From Desulfatiglandales bacterium (lineage in GTDB: Bacteria; Desulfobacterota; DSM-4660; Desulfatiglandales; Desulfatiglandaceae): 64,000 bases of DNA. Made by a program: the position numbers and the translations under genes. The stretch spans positions 7,264,001 through 7,328,000 of the forward strand of contig OY759599.1 in assembly GCA_963662465.1 (NCBI GenBank), read 5' to 3'. The notes beneath the pieces are model-generated. The model did no database searches. It was not told where the DNA came from and was given only the letters and a program-made list of their open reading frames with translations. This document shows, one piece after another, positions 8,807 to 19,334 of this stretch (positions within the stretch are counted from its first letter, which is position 1; the number at the start of each line of letters is the position of its first letter).

Positions 8807-10711
8807 CTACCTTTTTCTCAAAACCCGGCTGTCGCCGACCCGAACCGTTACCTGGGAGCCATCAAAATATTCGATCAGGGGGATGGTATATTTCCTGGAG
8901 GCGCCGGTCATCTCCTTGAACTGTGGTGTTGTGATTTCACCATGGGACTTCAAAAAGTCGACCAGTTTTTCTTCAAGGGCCTCTACGGCGCTTTTGTGAA
9001 AATAGAGGTCTTCCTTGACCTTCAACAAAATGCCGTCTTTAACCATAACCCCCAGGACCTCCAATGCCGTATTTCCCTGAAAATTCGATTTGAGTTCCTT
9101 GAAATAGGGAGGCTGAAGCCCCCCTTTGGCATAGATGTCTTCCAGTTCCCGTCGGGCATCCTTCTGGTCCTGGGCCAGGGTGACCTGGTGATCTTTCAAC
9201 CGAACCACTTCTTTTTCCTGAACCAACACTTCTTCCCGCGCCAACTGATGAATGAGGTGGTTGAAAAGTTTGGGGTTATTGGCGCCGACCATCCTGGAAC
9301 GAAGTTCCTCCTTGACCAGGCCCTGCTTCAATGGAAAGGATTTGTGATAGGCTGCCAGGGTTTCCAAAAGTTCGATTCTCGCTTTTTCCATGAAATCCGC
9401 ATGAATCATGGTTCCCCGTTCCTTATCAAACCGAATGATTCTTTTTTTCGCCTTCAGGGCGTTCAGCTGGTCCGTCAGCTTTTTCCGACTCATGTTCACC
9501 AGAAAAGAAAGTTCTTCCTCCCCGACGCCCTTAAAGCGTCCCAGGGCCACAAACAGTTCAATGGTTTCGTTCTCCTCCCCCTTATGAAGCTGCTTTAACT
9601 CAGTGAGTACCCTTTCTTGAAACCTCTTTTTCTTTCCGGGCAGGGGGTTCAGGATCTGACCGCCGCCGATGGTGCGGACCGGCGAGTAACTCCTGAGGAC
9701 ATAACGGTCGCCCCTCAGCACTGCCGTGGGAGCATCCAGGCGGAGCTGGGCAAAACAGGTGTCGCCGGGATTGAGTTCATCCCGATCCAGCAGCACCAAT
9801 GTGGAGATGATCTCGGCCGTGCCTGCATGGAACCGTACTTTTGCCCTGTTTTTGAATTTTCGGGGGGCGCTGGGAAGAAGATCCAATACCACATCCAGCA
9901 TATAGGTGGACCGAAGGCCGTCTTTTGTGGCCAGGACATTCCCTCGCTGCAACGCCATTTTTTCAATGCCCTGCAGATTGATGGCCGTTCTCAGGCCGGC
10001 GTGAACCTCTTCCATTGCCTGATTGTGAACATGAATCCCCCTGATTTTCGATGAAATCCCCTGGGGATAAATGGTCGCTTCATCGCCCGTCCTGATCTTT
10101 CCTGATGCGCTGGTCCCCGTAATGACGGTGCCGAACCCCTTCATGGTAAACACACGATCGATGGGGAGACGAAAAAGATGCCCCGTATCACGTTCCGGGA
10201 TTTGCTCGGTCATCCGGCTGATGAGGTCAATGAGTTCCGGAATGCCATCCCTCGTCACGGAGGAAACTTCCGCCATGGGCGCTTCCGCCAGAAAAGTGTG
10301 CGATAGATATTCGGAAACATCCTCCCGCACCAGTTCCAGCCAATCCTGGTCCACCATATCCACCTTGGTCAAAACCACCAGACCATGTTGAATATTTAAA
10401 AGCGAGCAAATCTCCAGATGCTCTCGGGTCTGCGGCATGACGCCTTCATCCGCTGCAATGACCAGCGCCACCAGGTCAATCCCCGTTGCCCCGGCCACCA
10501 TATTTTTGACAAATTTTTCATGCCCCGGCACATCCACAATCCCCAGCAGCCTTCCGTCCGGCAGCGCCAGATGGGCAAACCCCAGTTCAATGGTAATGCC
10601 GCGTTCCTTTTCTTCTTTCAAACGGTCGGTATCAATGCCCGTCAGCGCTCTGATCAGTGATGTTTTTCCGTGGTCAATATGGCCGGCTGTACCTAAGATA
10701 ATCTGTTTCAT
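8807..10711 (-). CDS. selB: Selenocysteine-specific elongation factor SelB
   Basis: [32 protein letters not shown] and TKVD motifs; C-terminal winged helices ending [13 protein letters not shown]. Confidence 0.97.
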   Translation of the reverse strand: MKQIILGTAGHIDHGKTSLIRALTGIDTDRLKEEKERGITIELGFAHLALPDGRLLGIVDVPGHEKFVKNMVAGATGIDLVALVIAADEGVMPQTREHLEICSLLNIQHGLVVLTKVDMVDQDWLELVREDVSEYLSHTFLAEAPMAEVSSVTRDGIPELIDLISRMTEQIPERDTGHLFRLPIDRVFTMKGFGTVITGTSASGKIRTGDEATIYPQGISSKIRGIHVHNQAMEEVHAGLRTAINLQGIEKMALQRGNVLATKDGLRSTYMLDVVLDLLPSAPRKFKNRAKVRFHAGTAEIISTLVLLDRDELNPGDTCFAQLRLDAPTAVLRGDRYVLRSYSPVRTIGGGQILNPLPGKKKRFQERVLTELKQLHKGEENETIELFVALGRFKGVGEEELSFLVNMSRKKLTDQLNALKAKKRIIRFDKERGTMIHADFMEKARIELLETLAAYHKSFPLKQGLVKEELRSRMVGANNPKLFNHLIHQLAREEVLVQEKEVVRLKDHQVTLAQDQKDARRELEDIYAKGGLQPPYFKELKSNFQGNTALEVLGVMVKDGILLKVKEDLYFHKSAVEALEEKLVDFLKSHGEITTPQFKEMTGASRKYTIPLIEYFDGSQVTVRVGDSRVLRKR

Positions 10712-10861
10712 AAAACAATCCTTAAAACTCCTGAACCTAAGTAGGTTGGTGAACCGAAAAATTCCACGGACGACGTCCTCAACGGAAGTCGGGAAGTTGC
10801 CGACGTTCGATGAAAATGGGTGGGCATTTCAAGAGGCTCACTGGAAAATCTCATACGTGAC

Positions 10862-10890
10862 AAAATAAAAGGTATGGGCATGGGTGTCAA
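10862..10890 (-). promoter_or_regulatory. sigma70-like promoter of selB
   Basis: TTGACA-N17-TATTTT on the minus strand. Confidence 0.45.
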
Positions 10891-11007
10891 GCCGAATAGA
10901 CGGGTGAAAAAATCTTTGAAAAATTTGTTGACCCCCGAAAGAATTTCTGGTAAAAGGTCTTTTCTGTTCATGCGGTTGCAATACGCCCGCCCATGAGTGG
11001 ATATTAT

Positions 11008-11083
11008 TCCCCGGTAGCTCAGCTGGTAGAGCAGGTGGCTGTTAACCACCTTGTCGGCGGTTCGAGTCCGTCCCGGGGAGCCA
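11008..11083 (+). tRNA. tRNA-Asn(GTT)
   Basis: 76 nt cloverleaf; acceptor TCCCCGG/CCGGGGA; anticodon arm GGTGG-CTGTTAA-CCACC; GTTCGA T-loop; encoded CCA. Confidence 0.97.
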
Positions 11084-11091
11084 ACAATTTT

Positions 11092-11124
11092 AAGGGGTTA
11101 GCTAAAATCAGCTAATCCCTTTTT
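11092..11124 (+). terminator. Intrinsic terminator after tRNA-Asn
   Basis: AGGGGTTAGCT-loop-AGCTAATCCCT followed by a T-tract. Confidence 0.7.
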
Positions 11125-11128
11125 CTTT

Positions 11129-11149
11129 TGTGTGAGACTCTGTGTGAGA
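11129..11149 (+). repeat. Putative integrase arm-type sites (left)
   Basis: TGTGTGAGA twice at 12-bp period; near-identical copy at 29724-29744. Confidence 0.65.
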
Positions 11150-11200
11150 TCTTTCACTGGAAACGTCCTCACCACCAAATAATCCCTGTTTAAGAATTGC

Positions 11201-11350
11201 CTAGACAAGACGCTCGGTCTGATATGCCTTCTCCCATTTACGTACGGCGTTGTCACTGACACCGTATTTTCGGCCTGTGCCTGAATAGCCCAACTGGCCA
11301 ATGTCGCATTTTAAAACATCGTATACAGTGTGGACATCAGCCGCTTTCTT
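11201..11350 (-). pseudogene. HTH-domain remnant
   Basis: Frame without a start codon reads LGYSGTGRKYGVSDNAVRKWEK, an HTH-like motif; in-frame stop upstream. Confidence 0.45.
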
Positions 11351-11383
11351 TCACCGTAAGGCCCCCTGACCCAATCGTTAAGT

Positions 11384-11635
11384 TTACGGCTCCAGTAAGT
11401 GTGCCAAAAAACCCAAGGCAGATCTTTGTGGCGTGATTCCCAACGGAGGCAGAGCACATCGTAGAGCTTTTGAATCATTTTTACCGAATATACGCTTATA
11501 GAGATCCTCCTTTTTTGGAAAAAAAAGCGAACCCCCGAGCTTCCCGCCGCCCAACTCCCGCCAGTTCTTGTAAACCCAACTGGGGCTTTTGCGCAGGTAC
11601 TGTGCGGTCTCCTCGACCGTCAGTATATCTGGCAT
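11384..11635 (-). CDS. Excisionase-like HTH DNA-binding protein
   Basis: ILTVEETAQYLRKSPSWVY, typical of Xis/HTH_17; adjacent to attL. Confidence 0.75.
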   Translation of the reverse strand: MPDILTVEETAQYLRKSPSWVYKNWRELGGGKLGGSLFFPKKEDLYKRIFGKNDSKALRCALPPLGITPQRSALGFLAHLLEP

Positions 11636-11740
11636 TTGATTGGTGTCAACGGCTATTTCAGTTACCGGGTTCTCCCGCCTTCGGAATCCTCAAAAGGTGT
11701 TCACGATGAGCCTAAATTTTGAACACGGATAAGAGTCTGG

Positions 11741-11944
11741 TCAGGCGCGGGCTTCCGACGCTAATCTGGTGGCAATCCGCCGTTCCATTTTTTCCGGTGA
11801 AACTTCTTTTATCTGATTATCCTCCCAGATGACCAAAGGCGTACGGGTCTGTTTGGCCCTTTCGAGGATCTTCTCTGCCGCCTGCCGAATGGCCCCATCC
11901 ACCTTATCAACAATGTTGGTATTTCTCTCTGATTCATTGTCCAT
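11741..11944 (-). CDS. Small protein coupled to the zeta-like toxin (probable antitoxin)
   Basis: Start MDNES overlaps the upstream gene end; AIRQAAEK...TPLVIWED...EV pattern. Confidence 0.6.
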   Translation of the reverse strand: MDNESERNTNIVDKVDGAIRQAAEKILERAKQTRTPLVIWEDNQIKEVSPEKMERRIATRLASEARA

Positions 11945-12569
11945 CGGTTCTCTCCTTGCTACTTCTTTGAATCCTCTCGAACAGCGGTAAATTAAGGACT
12001 TCCAGCTTACCTTCGTTTTCATGAGCGACTCTTTTTGGCGGAAACTCCGACCCGTCCAATAGCCAGATCTTATGGGCAATTGGCCAGTAGCGCTGAAACA
12101 AGTTGCATAAGCCGCTTCCATATCGCCTTCGGACAACCGGATCGGATACGTTATGTCCTCCCTGGCGGACTCTCGCCCTCACACGGGCAACGGCCATATC
12201 TGGGCTCGGAAGCCAGAGGAAAAACAGCACAATCTGATAACCGTTCATCCTCAGTTTTTCGAAATGCCGGACATAGCCCCGACCGGACAGAGTGGTTTCA
12301 AACCCAAAATTTTCTCTAGCAGCGGCAAGTTCCTTGATCCGGGTCAAAAGCAAACGTCCTGCCCTCATATTTTGGGTCTCCGGAGCAAATGGCGAGAGCC
12401 CTGCGGCGATCAGGTCAGCGTTCAAGAATTGACGGCAGTTTACAAAATCCGGCAGAAATTCGTTGGCAAATGTGGTTTTCCCGGCCCCATTCGGGCCAGT
12501 GATCACATAAACCGTCGGACCTTCACCCTGAGTCTTGCTTTCTTCCGGTTTGGCGTCTATTTTTTCCAT
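11934..12569 (-). CDS. Zeta-toxin-like P-loop kinase/ATPase
   Basis: GPNGAGKTT, NADLIA, FETTLSG and RVRQGGHNV motifs. Confidence 0.85.
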   Translation of the reverse strand: MEKIDAKPEESKTQGEGPTVYVITGPNGAGKTTFANEFLPDFVNCRQFLNADLIAAGLSPFAPETQNMRAGRLLLTRIKELAAARENFGFETTLSGRGYVRHFEKLRMNGYQIVLFFLWLPSPDMAVARVRARVRQGGHNVSDPVVRRRYGSGLCNLFQRYWPIAHKIWLLDGSEFPPKRVAHENEGKLEVLNLPLFERIQRSSKERTDGQ

Positions 12570-12570
12570 T

Positions 12571-12631
12571 CGTGTTATTCGTGGTCACTTTTTCCCGTGT
12601 CATCCGTGGTCACTTTTTCCCGTGTCATCCG
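12571..12631. repeat. 25-bp tandem repeat (~2.4 copies) at a gene junction
   Basis: CGTGTYATYCGTGGTCACTTTTTCC twice plus a partial copy. Confidence 0.9.
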
Positions 12632-14051
12632 AGCGTTGCGCATTAATGACGGCTTTGCCCGTCACGGTCAGGCGGTATTTCTGTAAACGGCTGTTGGGTT
12701 TGTCGGGGATGGTGTATTCCAGCAACCCGGCTTCTTTGAGGCGGGGTAAGGCTTTCCGCAGATTGCCACTCAATTTTTTGTGCCCCAGTGCTGCTGCGAT
12801 TTCTGAAGAGGAAAGTGGATGTTCAGCGCAGACTGAAAGGATGTCCAGATCGACTTGTGCCTCGACTTGTGCCTCGACTTGGCCGGTTTTGGTTTGAACC
12901 GTGATATTGCCCGTTAATGGCACAATAAAACGCATCCTCATACCGATTTCCACGATTTGCAGTTCGGGCAGACCGAGTTCTTCGGCCTCTTTGAAAACAC
13001 GACGGACACCGCTGCCCCACTGTTCTATGAGATCCAATTCACGGAACACCCGCGCAATAACCGAATTACGGATTCTGGAGACCCCCTGTTTCATGTCCTC
13101 GATGGTCATGCCGGGAAGGAGAATGCCGGGATTCTCAACCTCGATGCGGTCATCAAAGAACGCGATGCGGGTGGGGGCGCCGCGTTGGGAGTAGTCGGCA
13201 TGTACCAGGGCGTTGATCACGACCTCGCGCAGAATGCCAAGGGGAATACTCCAGACATCTTTACGCCGGATTTCTGAAAAATCGGCACCGCGCATGGCAT
13301 GTTTCTTGAGAAACAACATGATACTTTCCACGGCCTGGGGCAGATGGTCGTGCAGTTCAATATGGTCAAAAATCTCTGCCTTATCGTGCCCCACAAACCG
13401 ACCGCACTGGATCCAGGCATCGGGAAAATAACGGATTCGATCTTTTCCGAACAACAATACAGCGCCTTTGGTGGGCACAAGCCGTCCCTGTTCATGGGTC
13501 AGCAGTTTCAAGGTGATCAGTTCCTCTTCACCCAGTTTGCGGTCCCCATTAAACAGTAACTTCATTGACACCAGATCCAGATCATCGGTGGATAACTCCG
13601 CCATGGGAAGCTCGTCAAAAGCGATTCCTTCAGCCGTGCGGCGTAATTCGGCAATCAACTCCCGGTCTGCCTGACGATTGGTTGAGCCCAACCTCACATA
13701 AACCCCGTTTTCAGGTCCTTCCGCCTTCAGGTAATGGGGGCGCAAGCCGCTGAGAAAGACCTCAACAATCAGCACGGTCTTGCCTTCAACCGTCATCAAT
13801 TCCACATTCGGCACCAGACGCGGGGCAATGGAATCGGCAATCAGGCTGCATCTCCGCTCTTCTTCATCCAGCGGATCATCAACACCCACAACCCGCAGGT
13901 CATCCTCCACCCCGATAATCAAACGGCCGCCCGCCGTATTAGCAAAGGCCAAAAGTGTTTTGAGCATGGGCCGGGGAGATGACAGATCCCGCTTGAACTC
14001 AAGTGTCTTGCCTTCGGGGCTGTTGAGAATTTGTTTAATTTTGTCTGTCAT
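12600..14051 (-). CDS. AlbA_2 (Schlafen-like) + HATPase_c_4 + winged-helix protein
   Basis: EGKTLEFK..AFANTAGG.LIIGVED; REVVINALVHADY; EVENPG; EQWGSG; QVEA repeats; C-terminal PDKPNSRLQKY. Confidence 0.85.
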   Translation of the reverse strand: MTDKIKQILNSPEGKTLEFKRDLSSPRPMLKTLLAFANTAGGRLIIGVEDDLRVVGVDDPLDEEERRCSLIADSIAPRLVPNVELMTVEGKTVLIVEVFLSGLRPHYLKAEGPENGVYVRLGSTNRQADRELIAELRRTAEGIAFDELPMAELSTDDLDLVSMKLLFNGDRKLGEEELITLKLLTHEQGRLVPTKGAVLLFGKDRIRYFPDAWIQCGRFVGHDKAEIFDHIELHDHLPQAVESIMLFLKKHAMRGADFSEIRRKDVWSIPLGILREVVINALVHADYSQRGAPTRIAFFDDRIEVENPGILLPGMTIEDMKQGVSRIRNSVIARVFRELDLIEQWGSGVRRVFKEAEELGLPELQIVEIGMRMRFIVPLTGNITVQTKTGQVEAQVEAQVDLDILSVCAEHPLSSSEIAAALGHKKLSGNLRKALPRLKEAGLLEYTIPDKPNSRLQKYRLTVTGKAVINAQRSDDTGKSDHG

Positions 14052-14072
14052 TTGCCTATACTCATCCGTGTT

Positions 14073-14477
14073 TCATTCTGGGATCGACAATATCAAGCGG
14101 CGGACATGCTCCAAAAATTCAGCACACCGGGCCAACTGGGTCTCAACATAATTCGACTCGAAAGAGATAAAAACCACATAGTCCCCTTCCTGACGATCCC
14201 CGAAAAGCTGATCATAAAGCCGACCCCATTTCTGCTCAAGAAGGCCGGTCTTGATGAATTTCTTATGAAAAGCCGCACGGACCCCGGAATGTTTTTTGAA
14301 GGAAAGCTCCCGGTCCATCAGTAAAGCCGATACCGCATAAAAAGCCGAATAGTAGAGCCGGTTCATGGCAAAGGATAGAGATCCTGCTTCGAATTCACGC
14401 TGGGCGGAAGCCATGCTCTCTTCTGCCTTTTCAAACCAGTAACGAACGACCGCTGAGCGTTTTTCCTGGGTTATCAT
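14073..14477 (-). CDS. HEPN-domain toxin
   Basis: NRLYYSAFYA, KHSGV and RQEGDY motifs; coupled to an MNT gene. Confidence 0.85.
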   Translation of the reverse strand: MITQEKRSAVVRYWFEKAEESMASAQREFEAGSLSFAMNRLYYSAFYAVSALLMDRELSFKKHSGVRAAFHKKFIKTGLLEQKWGRLYDQLFGDRQEGDYVVFISFESNYVETQLARCAEFLEHVRRLILSIPE

Positions 14478-14809
14478 AAGCGTATACCATCTCTCAAAAT
14501 TTCATCTCTCAGAGGTAGCACGGATATCATTCCTGTGTCCCAGGATTCTTTATCTACCACTAACGTACTGAAATTTGTCCCGAATTGCAGGTTAACGTCA
14601 AAAACAATATCCGTGATTTCATGACGCCTAAATCTGGTAATCGGCTCTGAGATTACGATCATAAGATCCACGTCTGATTCGTCATCCCCCTCTCCCCTTG
14701 CAACGGAACCATATAACACGACATCCACTACTGGAAACTCAGCCATCACCTTTGTCTTGATCTGGCGTAAGGCTTCAGATTGAGTAGAAGAAAGCGGTAT
14801 TTCACCCAT
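14474..14809 (-). CDS. Minimal nucleotidyltransferase (MNT) antitoxin
   Basis: LYGSVARG....SDVDL motif; 4-bp overlap with the HEPN gene. Confidence 0.9.
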   Translation of the reverse strand: MGEIPLSSTQSEALRQIKTKVMAEFPVVDVVLYGSVARGEGDDESDVDLMIVISEPITRFRRHEITDIVFDVNLQFGTNFSTLVVDKESWDTGMISVLPLRDEILRDGIRL

Positions 14810-14898
14810 GTCAGCGCTCCTTATTTCTCTTTAATGTTTCTATTCGTGTAATTTGTGGTTGCTGTTTTTCTTTCCTTACAATCTGTGTAATCTGTGGA

Positions 14899-17800
14899 TC
14901 ATTTATTTTTTTTCCCGGTGACCGCCTTGACCTCCGCCAGCAGATCCCCGAACTTCCCGTAGTTTACCTTCACCCCTTCATCGAGATCAAGGCTGATCCT
15001 CTGATCGGCGTAGTGGCGCAGTTTTTCATCAAAGTTATGAAGTTCCGCCTGTTGTTTGACGAGCTTGTCTTTTTCTCTTTCCAGTTTCTTGCTGTGGGCC
15101 GTGGAGGTGGCGGCATTGATGTCTCCTGATAACTGCTCAATTCGAGCAGCCATCTTACCCTGAATAGGAAGGTGAGGTTGGCTTCGAGGTGAGCCACGTC
15201 CCAGGCCACCGAGATGAACTCGATGAATCGGTGAGCGGCATCATCGTTGAACCACTCAGTGTCGGTTATCGGGACGACACCGTCGTCGTCTGCCGGGAAG
15301 GTAGTGTAGCGGTTGGGGTCGAAGACCTCGTTTCCGCTATGGGCGTAGATGAGGCCCGGGGCATCCAGGCTGTAGCGGCCCATCATGCAGCCGATGGCGT
15401 AGGAGACCAGCTCCTTCATGGTGTCCTGGCGGAAGCGGGTCCACTGCTCCTCCTCGGTGAGCTTACCGCCGTATCGGTAGGCAGGGTTCACCGTGAGGGT
15501 GATCTGCGGCAAGGGGACGTCGGGGGTGAGCTCGTCCGCCAGGCCGTAGGCATCGATGAAGAGACTGTTGTTCTCCTCTTCGAGGCGCTTCATCTCGGCG
15601 ATGGTTTCGCGGTTTTGTGTGATCCAGGCGTTGTAGCTGGATTCGAGGGTGGGGGTGGGATCGGAGGAGGCCTTCAGGAGGGGGAGAGATTGGAAGTCCC
15701 AGGAGCGTTCATAAGCGTTCCAGTCGGCTCTTCCAGTTTCAATGAGCGCTCTGATTTTGTTCTCGATTTCTGACTTTCGATTTAGGATTTCTTGTCGGAG
15801 GACAGGCAGAGCCGCCACATTACCAACCTGGAAATTCAAGGTTGGATTCATAACTTTCATAAACCCGAACACCTGTTTCGAACATAAAAATCCAGTAACC
15901 CAAAGCTGATCGCTTTCAGATGGAAAGCCAGATGAGCCACCAATATCAAAAATAGCACCGGCATCGGAATATCGAACCCCGAAATATGACGAGCTAATGA
16001 AAGACCACGTCACAGAAGGAAAAAAATAGGACTCGGTATTTTGTGCACGCGAACGAGCCCGTCCGCCTGCCTCGGTTCCAAAGTCGCGAATCTCTCGTCC
16101 ATCAGCTTCCCAATTAACTAGAAATTCGTTATTGCCAAAACACTTCCGGAACCCTCCCCCTTTGTTGTACGGAAACCACTTTCTGCTTGAACGAACAGCT
16201 TCACCTCGACTAGGTAATCCATACCCGCATTTATCTAGTGATACTTCGGCCCAGAATCGCATGAAACGGTCATTATCTGCCGTCGCCAATCCTTGGCGTA
16301 TAGGAATCTGTTCACCAAGTTTTTCGCCTTTCTTAAAAGCCTTTCGCACATTGTTGCTTACCCAAAAGGCAACCGGACTGCCGGGGATCATCTTGAAATC
16401 GTCAGGTTTTGCTCGGTGGGACCATCCACACTCGGAATTCTTGATGGCCTCGAGTGTCTTCTGCGATTGAAGTTCGGCACCGTAAAACTCCGACAGCTTG
16501 ATGAATGACGCTTCGTAACCAGACGTATGACAATTCTGGATAACAAAGGTGCAGACAGGGACGTAGGCGGAGTCAAAGAACGCGTGATATTCGGGTTGGA
16601 TCAATGAGTGGAGCGTCTTGGTTTCAAAAAGGAGTACGCGGAGCGTCTCATACGACGTTAGGGACATCCAGGTGAAAGGGGTCATCAAGCCGACGAAACC
16701 GGTGGAAGTCGCGAATTTTATAAACCGTTCTGTTGATACAGCGAACAGATCAGACTTCGAGTTCGGGAAGTAGTTCTTGGCGAATTTCTTCAATAAGGCA
16801 TTCATGGCCTTCTTTCCCATATACGGGGGATTTGCCACTACCGCGTCGTATTGCGCTGTCAGCATCTCGGCTTGCTGGATCAACGGCACCAATCGCTCTT
16901 GAGCATCCGATACAAAAAGATCCTGGCTAATCGTCTCGCTCAGCTGTTTCAGCGCCGGTAGCTTCACCGCCAATCCCTTCGGCACCTGAATTAGCGATCC
17001 AAAAGTCGTGGCATGCTCGAACAGCCGCTTCAGCTCCGTGGGGTCCCCCGGCTTCAGCCCGTAGTCCGCTAACTCCACCCTCTTCACCAGTCCCTCCGCA
17101 TCAAACCCCGCACTGTCCACCAGCGCCATCACATTGAGATTCACGCCCCGCTCAAATAGTCGCCGGTCATCCGTCCGCCCTTTCATCATCAGTGCAAAGC
17201 CCGTCAACTGCGCCGCTCGCCCGTCGATGTCGAGGCCGAATAGGTTCTTCTCAAGGATCATCCGCGCCACATCCCGCTGCCGGTACCCGCGCTCCAGGTA
17301 GATGGCCTTGAAAAGGTTATATGCCTCCACCAGGATGTGCCCGGAGCCGCAGGCCGGATCGATGAGGGTCAGCTCCTCGGGATTGAGTTGGCTGGGCGTG
17401 ATGGCCGCGAGCTGGGCCTTCACCTCGTCGGTCTGCTCGGCGGGCTCGATGTAGTACTCCATCTGCCCTTTGAGCGAGGAATGAGGATAGGTCGCCAGCC
17501 ACTGCGCCCCTAGCGAATTCTGGACCATATATTTCACGATCCAGTTGGGAGTGAAAAGCTGGGTCGCCGCCGGAATATCCTCCGACTTCACCACCTTGCC
17601 GATAACCTGAACCTTCTTCTCGGAGATGTAGAACTGGTAGAGCCAGCCTATGATCTCGATCTCTTGCCAGTCCTCTTCCGGGATTTCGTTTACCAGGTTC
17701 CGGACCGGAGAATTGGAATGCAGCAGGTTGTCCGGCATAAGAAGCTCGGTATAACCACCGATCTTTTCAAACAAAAACGGCATGGCTTTGTGGAGAGCGT

Positions 17801-18269
17801 TGCACTGGGCCATCAGTAGCATCCGGTAGAGCTCAACTTCTTTCGTCCCTTCGAGCTTCAATTCAATCACTTTCTCCGGGTCGAGACCGGGCAAGGCCAC
17901 GTGTTCGGCGTGTTCCACAATCTCTGGGACGGACTTTCCTTCCGGGTGGCTCAGTACTCGATACCCATGCTCCAGATACCCATGAAGCTCCATAAACCGG
18001 ATCGCCACAAACCGGTTGAACCACGTATAGGCCATGGCCTCCATGACCTGCTCAAAGCCCTTCCGATTGATCCGCTCTTCCAACCACTTTCGTTTCTCCG
18101 CCACCTCCTTCGGAAAAGGCTTCCCACCGATAATGGCTACATCCCCCTGCACCGTAACAGGCTCGATTTTCTTTTTCGTCAGCCCGTAAAAGGCCGCCCG
18201 GTCCGTCACCGCCTTGATGAAATCACGGCGGGCTTTGGGAGCGTAGGTTTTGAGTTTATTTCGGTTCAT
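14899..18269 (-). pseudogene. pglX: BREX-1 adenine methyltransferase PglX with an internal deletion and frameshift near 15167
   Basis: AYTWFNR, IPAATQLFTP.WIV, DPACGSGH and NPPY motifs. The C-terminal LDLDEGVKVNYGKFG lies in a different frame (14899-15168), and the conserved Y..RPIYW segment is absent. Confidence 0.9.
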
Positions 18270-18300
18270 CTTTCCTCATCAGAAATGGCACTGTGTTCAT

Positions 18301-18678
18301 TTACTGGAATTGAGATTTCGAATATTTTGCCAATTTGCGCCAAGTGGTCTTATATGATTCCACCATATACTTTGAATCCCACACCTTCCTTCTGAAAGCA
18401 TTGACGTATTCAGGCTCACCGGTCAGAATCTCCGGTCTAAATTCATCATAATACTCATAATCCGCGATAAATTTGCCGATGAGTTGACAATTACTTTCGT
18501 GCTTGCGTCTTGTTGACTCCGACAATTTTTGACGCCTGAGATATTCAAAGAATCCGAACATGAAAAGTGCCATATTCCTGGCGAATTTATGTGATTTTTT
18601 ATCCCAGTGCCAGTCTTCAATATAATCCTCAAGATCTTCTTCAAATTTCGCTTTTGCTGTCAAAACTTGCGTTTTCAA
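18301..18678 (-). CDS. Hypothetical protein
   Basis: 125 aa ORF co-oriented with its neighbours; no motif recognised. Confidence 0.6.
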   Translation of the reverse strand: MKTQVLTAKAKFEEDLEDYIEDWHWDKKSHKFARNMALFMFGFFEYLRRQKLSESTRRKHESNCQLIGKFIADYEYYDEFRPEILTGEPEYVNAFRRKVWDSKYMVESYKTTWRKLAKYSKSQFQ

Positions 18679-18682
18679 TCTA

Positions 18683-19009
18683 TTAGCTTAATTTGGCGCT
18701 GACAATTCGATTGAGACTGACCCCGGATTCGGCTGATTGGATTGCAAGGTTCCTGTGAACTTCAGGCGGCACTCTGACCATAAATTTCCCACTATACCGC
18801 CTGCACGCAATCGGCTCGGGGACAGGCTCTTTGCTGGTTTCCATATCCAGAACAACGTCAGCGACCAATTCCCGGATGCCCTTTAAAGCCTCTTCCGGAG
18901 TTGCAGCCAGCCAGCTGAGACTTGGAAATTCCGCACATAAAGCCACGTACTCGGCATCATCTTCAGACCAGGTTACCCTGTATGTATATCGATCATTTCT
19001 TAATGCCAT
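18683..19009 (-). CDS. hicB: HicB-family antitoxin (with RHH)
   Basis: YRVTWSEDD.EYVALCAEFPSLSW; YSGKFMVRVPPEVHR..SLN. Confidence 0.9.
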   Translation of the reverse strand: MALRNDRYTYRVTWSEDDAEYVALCAEFPSLSWLAATPEEALKGIRELVADVVLDMETSKEPVPEPIACRRYSGKFMVRVPPEVHRNLAIQSAESGVSLNRIVSAKLS

Positions 19010-19253
19010 GATTCACCTCCAATTTATCGAGAGTCAGCAGCACCTGTTTAACCTGGTATGCTTTTGCGTTTCCCCTATAATTCTGAATATTTATTCTTGG
19101 GTCTCCACGCCAAGGCGTTTTGTAAACTCGATGGCTGCCGGATTTTTGACGGGGTTCTCCGAAAAAGTGATCACAAATCCCGCACAAATCCTTAAACCGA
19201 ACCTGTTTCGGATTTTGTCTCATTTTTGCGATTGTTTCATCGAGCTTTGTCAT
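18993..19253 (-). CDS. hicA: HicA-family toxin
   Basis: NPK.VRF.DL..C..FFGEPRQ.SGSH...AKAYQVKQV motif. Confidence 0.85.
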   Translation of the reverse strand: MTKLDETIAKMRQNPKQVRFKDLCGICDHFFGEPRQKSGSHRVYKTPWRGDPRINIQNYRGNAKAYQVKQVLLTLDKLEVNHGIKK

Positions 19254-19259
19254 AAGATA

Positions 19260-19287
19260 ATAGTATCGTTATTGATATCAATGTCAA
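19260..19287 (-). promoter_or_regulatory. hicA promoter with overlapping palindromic operator
   Basis: TTGACA-N16-TACTAT; imperfect palindrome TAGTATC-N6-GATATCA at 19261-19280. Confidence 0.55.
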
Positions 19288-19334
19288 CTGACAAGATGAT
19301 TTTTTGATAGAAAGCCTTCCCACTTTTTAAAGAT

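Noticed and set aside
7962..8999. 345-aa plus-strand ORF
   Set aside because: Antisense shadow of yqeC/selB with no motifs.
12571..12631. CRISPR array
   Set aside because: The repeats are contiguous without unique spacers, and there are no cas genes. The same applies to the heptamer arrays.
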